Positions 33,120 to 38,118 of a DNA stretch of 38,118 nt are shown here, piece after piece. The notes beneath the pieces are model-generated. The model did no database searches, was not told the origin of the DNA, and saw only the letters and a list, made by a program, of their open reading frames with translations. Positions within the stretch are counted from its first letter, which is position 1, and the number at the start of each line of letters is the position of its first letter. Made by a program: the position numbers and the translations under genes. Source of the stretch: an uncultured virus (IMG/VR IMGVR_UViG_3300021559_000316) (taxonomy: Duplodnaviria; Heunggongvirae; Uroviricota; Caudoviricetes); IMG/VR virus record IMGVR_UViG_3300021559_000316; one strand, given 5' to 3'.

Positions 33120-35341
33120 TCGATCAGTTCGCGATCTCGTGGCTCAAGTCCAAGCACGACTCGCTACCGAAGCGAGCCACCGTCGCATGGTCCCAGCTCG
33201 TCGCCGCGTTCTCGAAGATCCGCCGCGCCCCATGCACCAAAGATAACTGCCGGCACAACGAGTGCCCGCACAAGAACGGCAAGAGCTGGTCGCCGGCGAC
33301 CTATCCAGCCGGCAGCGCACGCCAGAAGAAACTCGTTGACGAAATCTCGCTGCTCGTCGTCGACCTCGATCACCTGAAGGAAGAGGAGTTCGCAGCCGCG
33401 CGTGGCGAGCTCTCGCCCTATCAACACATCATTCACGCCAGTCACTCAGATCGTCCCGCAAGTCTAAGCAACGGCGGCACGTGTACGTGCGGTAGCAGTC
33501 CCGGAGCGCTGCACGGCACGACATGCCCCGCGCGCGTCGATCGCTGCCTTCGTGCCGTGATCGCGCTTTCGCGGCCCGTCAAGCGCGACGAATGGCCGCG
33601 ATTCTGGCGCGCCGCGATGTCGATGCTCGGTCAACCCGCCGACCCATCGTGCTGCGATGCCAATCGCCTTTACTACCTGCCGAGCCGACCCGGCGACGCC
33701 GACTACTTCTTCGCGACGAACGACGGCGATGTCCTCGACGTCGAGGCAATCCTCGCGAATGCACCGCCCGAGGCACCATCGATCGCCAGCGATCTCCGCC
33801 TCGAGATCCAGATCGACGGCGGCGGCATCGTCGAGCCCGGACAACGGCACGCGATGCTCAAGTCGATGGCCGGCGCTCTCCGCTTCCGTGGCGCTGGAGA
33901 GCAAGAGATCGAGGCGGCACTTCACGTCGCGAACAAGGCCCGCTGCTCGCCACCCAAGCCAGACGAGGAGATCAAGGCCCTCGCGAAGTGGGCTGCCGAT
34001 CAGCCACTCTCCACGCTGCCACCGCCCGAGGCAGATCCGCGCCGACCCACGCCGCCGCCAGACAGCGAATCCCAGCCGAACGGACCTGTCGACGAAGAAG
34101 AAGAGGCGTTCTCGCGCGACGAGGAGGGCAAGATCTACCCGTCGCAGGACAACATCGATCTCGCCCTGCGCAAGCTCGGCGTGAAGCTGCGCTACGACGA
34201 ATTCGCCAACCACGAGATCATCGAGGGACTCGCGCGCTTCGGTCCGCGCCTCGACGACGGCGCCGTGAACCGGCTGCGCTTCACGATCGACGCGCAGTTC
34301 GGTTTCCTCGTTCCAAAGGTCCTGTTCTACGACATCATCTCCGACCGAGCCCGCATTAACGCCTTCCATCCGGTGCGTCGATACCTCGACGCACTCAAGT
34401 GGGACGGCAAGCCGCGCATCGATCGCTGGCTCATCGACTACGCCGGCGCGAAAGACACGGCGTACGTGCGAGCGATCTCGCGCATCGTTCTCGTTGCTGC
34501 CGTTCGACGAGCTCGGCATCCTGGCGTGAAGTACGACGAAATGTTGATCCTCGAGTCCGAGCAAGGCACGGACAAGAGTTCCGGGCTGCGCGTCCTCGCC
34601 GTCGACGACGACTGGTTCACCGACGACCTACCCCTCCAGGGCGACACCAAGCGCTTCATGGAAGCGACCGCCGGCAAATGGATCGTCGAGGCCGGCGAAC
34701 TCAAGGGCATGGGACGCAGCGACGTCGCCGCGCTCAAGGCGTGTCTGTCACGACAGATCGACGAGGCTCGCCTCTCGTACGATCGCAAGCCGAGCGTGTC
34801 CGCGCGACAATTCATCATCGTCGGCACGACGAACGAGTTCGAGGGCTACCTCCGCGATCCGACTGGAAACCGCCGCTTCTGGCCCGTGCGTATCGTGAAG
34901 ATCGAGCTGCCGCAGCTGCGCCGCGATCGCGATCAATTGTGGGCCGAAGCCTCGATTGCTGAAGAGGCCGGAGTCTCGATTCGTCTCGATCCATCGCTCT
35001 ACGAAGAAGCCGCGCTCGAGCAAGACGCGCGTGTGCGCAACGACGATCCACTCGTCGACGCACTCAACCGCAATCTCGGCGACCGCACCGGCAAACTTCG
35101 CATCGCCGACGCGTATCTCGTTGCCGGCATCGAGCCCGGCAAGGCCACGCAAGATCAGATGGCACGCTTCGGCCAAGCGATCCGAGAGCTGGGTTGGGAG
35201 CGCGAGCGGCGACGCTTCGCCGGCGAGCGATGCTACGCGTACGTGCGAGGGGACGCGGGGCAACGGGAGAACGAACTCATCGTCGAGCAAGATCCCGTGA
35301 CGCGTGCTGTCAAAATCACGACCAGTCACACCAGCAACTGA
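33116..35341 (+). CDS. Primase-helicase (AEP primase + PriCT + VapE/VirE SF3 ATPase)
   Basis: SPATY, DLDH, HASHS, D..RLYYLP; GQRH...N..RCSPP; FHPV, WDG.PR, EQGTDKS, GTTN, DPTGNRRFWP, QLWAEA. Confidence 0.9.
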   Translation: MIDQFAISWLKSKHDSLPKRATVAWSQLVAAFSKIRRAPCTKDNCRHNECPHKNGKSWSPATYPAGSARQKKLVDEISLLVVDLDHLKEEEFAAARGELSPYQHIIHASHSDRPASLSNGGTCTCGSSPGALHGTTCPARVDRCLRAVIALSRPVKRDEWPRFWRAAMSMLGQPADPSCCDANRLYYLPSRPGDADYFFATNDGDVLDVEAILANAPPEAPSIASDLRLEIQIDGGGIVEPGQRHAMLKSMAGALRFRGAGEQEIEAALHVANKARCSPPKPDEEIKALAKWAADQPLSTLPPPEADPRRPTPPPDSESQPNGPVDEEEEAFSRDEEGKIYPSQDNIDLALRKLGVKLRYDEFANHEIIEGLARFGPRLDDGAVNRLRFTIDAQFGFLVPKVLFYDIISDRARINAFHPVRRYLDALKWDGKPRIDRWLIDYAGAKDTAYVRAISRIVLVAAVRRARHPGVKYDEMLILESEQGTDKSSGLRVLAVDDDWFTDDLPLQGDTKRFMEATAGKWIVEAGELKGMGRSDVAALKACLSRQIDEARLSYDRKPSVSARQFIIVGTTNEFEGYLRDPTGNRRFWPVRIVKIELPQLRRDRDQLWAEASIAEEAGVSIRLDPSLYEEAALEQDARVRNDDPLVDALNRNLGDRTGKLRIADAYLVAGIEPGKATQDQMARFGQAIRELGWERERRRFAGERCYAYVRGDAGQRENELIVEQDPVTRAVKITTSHTSN

Positions 35342-35386
35342 AGCTTATTCGCACAGCCTAGTGCGTTGATGTAGCTTCAGTCGGTG

Positions 35387-35660
35387 CTGTCCCGACCTCC
35401 CCCCACGTTGGGGCTTTTTTGGGCAGGGACGGCTTTTGCTGTGTAATGTGAACAGGTTAGTTACTGGTGTCCCTCCTGTCCGCCCTGGCCAAGGGGGTGC
35501 CATATAGTGCTCTGGCAGCGCGATCGCGAGAGCCTCTCCTGGCCATACGACTATAAGTCGGACTCACAGAGTAGAGTTTGACATTTTTGATTGGACAGGG
35601 GGGACATATGAGATAGCTATAGGCAACTAAAGAAAAAAGTCCGGCCTCCCTGCCGGGGGG
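35387..35660. other. Candidate phage replication origin (lower-GC intergenic stretch with inverted TGTCC/GGACA repeats)
   Basis: TGTCCCTCCTGTCC 35468-35481 versus GGACAGGGGGGACA 35593-35606 (13/14 inverted); directly after the primase-helicase. Confidence 0.55.
35401..35420 (+). terminator. Possible intrinsic terminator after the primase gene
   Basis: CCCCA-CGT-TGGGG followed by C-T6. Confidence 0.45.
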
Positions 35661-35690
35661 CCTTCAAATGGACGGAGAGGCCACTTCCCC

Positions 35691-35894
35691 ATGAAGGTCG
35701 AGTGCGAGATCCACGAGACGGAGCTGGAGAACGACTCGGGACGCACCGTCGATGGCGTGATCGCGGAGTGCTCGCGCTGCGGTCACCGCGAGGAGTCGTT
35801 CGGCACCTCGGAGGCATCGCGCAAGCGTTGCCTCGTCATGCTTCGCGAAAACTGTCCGAAGGGCGAGCTGAACTTTTACGTTGAGGAGATCTGA
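35691..35894 (+). CDS. Small zinc-binding hypothetical protein
   Basis: GGAGAGG RBS; CSRCGH...C...CP. Confidence 0.7.
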   Translation: MKVECEIHETELENDSGRTVDGVIAECSRCGHREESFGTSEASRKRCLVMLRENCPKGELNFYVEEI

Positions 35895-35999
35895 TCGAGG
35901 ATCACCCTGATCGTCGAACGTCGAACCTTCCACTGCATTTCGTCGAAGATCGAATTCGTCGTCGAGCGAGCGCGTCACCGCATGTGATACAGCTACATC

Positions 36000-36254
36000 G
36001 TGAGGCGTGATTCGCACCGCCGCTGCTCGACCTGCGGCGAGCTGGGGCACGACAGTCGCCACCACGCCGTCTCCAGCTCGAGCTCGCCATCCCGCAGCGC
36101 GGAAGCCGGCCGCCTGGTCTACGAGGACGGCCTTTCGTTCGCCGAGGCCGCGCGGCGGCTCGGCGTCAGTCGCCAGGCCGCTCACCAGGGTTGGCGGCGC
36201 CTCGTTCGGCTGCGAGATCTACAAAAAAGGTTGACGTCCGCAGCGAAGCGTTGA
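36000..36254 (+). CDS. Zinc-knuckle plus HTH DNA-binding protein
   Basis: CSTCGELGHDSRHH; GLSFAEAARRLGVSRQAAHQ. Confidence 0.65.
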   Translation: MRRDSHRRCSTCGELGHDSRHHAVSSSSSPSRSAEAGRLVYEDGLSFAEAARRLGVSRQAAHQGWRRLVRLRDLQKRLTSAAKR

Positions 36255-36308
36255 CGCCCCGTCAGGGGAACGGGACGTTAGGGCGTTGAAAAAGTTGCCC
36301 TGGTTCCC

Positions 36309-37271
36309 GTGATGATCTTGTCGGAGAGCGACAAGCGCGAGGTCTGCCCGCTGCACGGCTGGGTGGGCCGTCGCGCCTTCCAGCGTGATCGGCACGACCT
36401 CTGCGAGTCGCCCGAGGAGTCGCCGTCCGACGTCGACACCGAGCTCGATGAAGACGAGAGCGCCGATGATGAAGACGAGCACGACGATGAAGATGCCGAG
36501 GACGTGATCGAGCCGGCGCGGTGGAGTCGCGCGAGCGCGCGAGCGCGCGGTATCCCGCCCAAGAAGACGATCGCGGTTCGCCGGATCACGCAGGAGGATC
36601 TGAGCGTCGGCCGCGCCGAGCTGCAAGTGCTCGGAGCCGACGAGCCCTACGATCGGCCTAAGACGCGATCTGCTTGTCAGTGGTGTCCGGTGTGTCAGCT
36701 GGTGCGCGATGGAAAGAGCGATGGATCCGACGACGTGGCGATCCGGGCGCTGCGAAATGGTGTCTCAGAGGAGGAGCACGACGAGCCGCGCCCTCATTTC
36801 GAAAAACGGCGAGGACGTCTCGCGTGCGGCCACTTGATTACCGAAGTGATCCATCGGTCGCGTCCGTGCGTTTTCATCGCGTGCAAGCACGCACTCTATT
36901 TAGACATCAGCGAGACCGGATCGATCATCTTCAACTTCCCCCATCTCGAGCCCGGCCAGATGCCGGTGAAGCAGAGCTGCTCGCTCGATCTCGCTGATCG
37001 GGGCGGGATGACGCTCGAAGAGATCGCCGTGGTGACCAACCTGACGCGCGAGCGGATCCGCCAGGTCGAGGTGAAGGCGCTGCTACGGCGAGCTCGTCCA
37101 GCCGCACTCACGCTCGGCCTCGGTCCTGCCGATGCGGCGGCGGCCGGTACGCGACGCCTCGTCGGGCCGGGTGCGGATCTCGCCGAAACCGGGGTCGACG
37201 GCGAGCTGCCGAGCGACGTCGCGTCGATCTTGGGTACCGGCACTAGCGGCGGCAACCGCGGCGGAAAATAA
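36309..37271 (+). CDS. Cys-rich sigma70 region-4 HTH DNA-binding protein
   Basis: RPKTR..C...RPC.F..CKH.LYLD...NFP...[17 protein letters not shown]...[15 protein letters not shown]. Confidence 0.85.
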   Translation: MMILSESDKREVCPLHGWVGRRAFQRDRHDLCESPEESPSDVDTELDEDESADDEDEHDDEDAEDVIEPARWSRASARARGIPPKKTIAVRRITQEDLSVGRAELQVLGADEPYDRPKTRSACQWCPVCQLVRDGKSDGSDDVAIRALRNGVSEEEHDEPRPHFEKRRGRLACGHLITEVIHRSRPCVFIACKHALYLDISETGSIIFNFPHLEPGQMPVKQSCSLDLADRGGMTLEEIAVVTNLTRERIRQVEVKALLRRARPAALTLGLGPADAAAAGTRRLVGPGADLAETGVDGELPSDVASILGTGTSGGNRGGK

Positions 37272-37274
37272 CGG

Positions 37275-37601
37275 CTAGCGTAGCTTCTCACTCGCGATGG
37301 CGATGTCGCACGCCGTGATCAGCGCGTGCCCGCTCGTCGGCATCGTGCGGCGAAAGTCGCCGGCTCGATGACGTACGAGAGCTGCCTCGTACACCGCGCG
37401 CATTTGCTCGACTTCCAGTCGCAGGGCAACGCGCGCTTTGAACTCGGCGTCGTAGACGTCGCGCAGTCGCCGTAACTCATCGAGTAGCTTCACTCCGAGT
37501 AGAGCGGCTACTTGTCGATCGTGTAGATCGACGAAGCCAACCGCGGCTAGCTTTTCGAACAGGTCCCGCCCCTTCTCGATCTTGTCATCGATGAAGCTCA
37601 T
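37275..37601 (-). CDS. Hypothetical protein (Ea22-like C-terminus)
   Basis: AGGAGG RBS; LLDELRRLR...VYEAA. Confidence 0.6.
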   Translation of the reverse strand: MSFIDDKIEKGRDLFEKLAAVGFVDLHDRQVAALLGVKLLDELRRLRDVYDAEFKARVALRLEVEQMRAVYEAALVRHRAGDFRRTMPTSGHALITACDIAIASEKLR

Positions 37602-37629
37602 GATCGCAACGCCCTCCTGGTGACGAGCC

Positions 37630-38118
37630 TCATTCGGTCCCGTCGATTTCGGTGATCACATCGCGTGGCGTCTGCGAGTAGCGAAACGCCCTCGCCCGCT
37701 CTTCGCACGCCGTTATCCACTTCTCGTGCAGCACGTCGTCGGCCCTGAGCACGTCGAGGATCGCGAGCGTCTTCGTAGCGTCCTTGGGATGTGCCTCGGG
37801 ATGCTTGTCGATCCACACCTGCGCGACGGTAAGCGCGTCGGCGTGGATCCGCGTCCACGCCTTCTGCCACATCGCGTCGACGCTCTTGATGGACAGTCGA
37901 CCGTCGAGGTGCGGCAGCTGCACGATTGCGGCGTAACGTGCGTCATCGAGGCGCAGTTGGATGCGGGTGCGACCGTCGTATTCCTCGTGGAAGGAGACGC
38001 CAACGTCGAAGTCTTTCGGCATCGAATAGCCGAGAGATCGCGCGAGCTCGACGCCGGCGGCGACGTCGCGAGCGACGATCTGCGTGACGAGGGTCTTGAT
38101 GCTGTTCGTGAGCTTCAT
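37630..38118 (-). CDS. Hypothetical protein
   Basis: 162-aa open frame; ATG at the window edge, so it may extend upstream. Confidence 0.6.
   Translation of the reverse strand: MKLTNSIKTLVTQIVARDVAAGVELARSLGYSMPKDFDVGVSFHEEYDGRTRIQLRLDDARYAAIVQLPHLDGRLSIKSVDAMWQKAWTRIHADALTVAQVWIDKHPEAHPKDATKTLAILDVLRADDVLHEKWITACEERARAFRYSQTPRDVITEIDGTE

Larger units (their letters stand above)
1..38118. mobile_element. Bacteriophage/prophage early and DNA replication region (partial genome)
   Basis: Phage-type PolA, SNF2 and Dda helicases, VapE primase, HNH endonucleases, dense small ORFs with ATGA/GTGA overlaps; no host housekeeping genes. Confidence 0.93.

Noticed and set aside
35895..35999. Repeated TCGAA motifs as a LexA/SOS box
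   Set aside because: No proper dyad spacing, and TCGA is very common in this sequence
1..38118. Many long alternative-frame and antisense ORFs in the track (e.g. 1909-2940 -, 21609-22928 -, 33464-34564 -, 19672-20442 +)
   Set aside because: Arg/Ala-rich shadows typical of high-GC DNA; they overlap better-supported genes or regulatory DNA and lack recognisable motifs
1..38118. tRNA/rRNA genes, att sites, structural and lysis genes
   Set aside because: None recognised by eye; intergenic gaps lack cloverleaf signatures (tRNAscan-SE would be decisive)

Overview
High-GC (roughly two-thirds G+C by eye), gene-dense phage or prophage segment containing early/accessory and DNA-replication genes. No capsid, terminase, tail, integrase, tRNA or CRISPR was seen. 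(1) 1-9817 is one + strand run of about 33 small, tightly coupled ORFs. Ten of them (4132-9549) start with the same ~14-aa amphipathic N-terminal motif, K[ST]xx[QE]Lx[RS][ED][IV]xxx[LIV], fused to unrelated bodies. This is the main novelty: a candidate shared targeting tag for a cargo/effector array. (2) 9862-11681 holds a short - strand cluster and a ribbon-helix-helix gene. (3) 11951-18004 encodes a Dam-type methylase, an Ea22-like protein, a HerA/DUF87 ATPase with a duplicated wHTH tail, and a two-gene nucleotidyltransferase moron with its own operator-overlapped promoter. (4) 18001-35341 is the replication module: SNF2 helicase, SSB-like pair, Dda/RecD helicase, family-A DNA polymerase (Leu at position 762), two free-standing HNH-type endonucleases, nucleotide-metabolism genes, a PD-(D/E)xK resolvase, a CoiA-like nuclease and an AEP-PriCT-VapE primase-helicase. 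A candidate origin follows it. (5) A Cys-rich sigma70-region-4 protein of a type I associate with myxobacteria, together with heavy CGATCG usage, suggests a Myxococcota host (inference). All product calls come from motifs read by eye; no searches were run.
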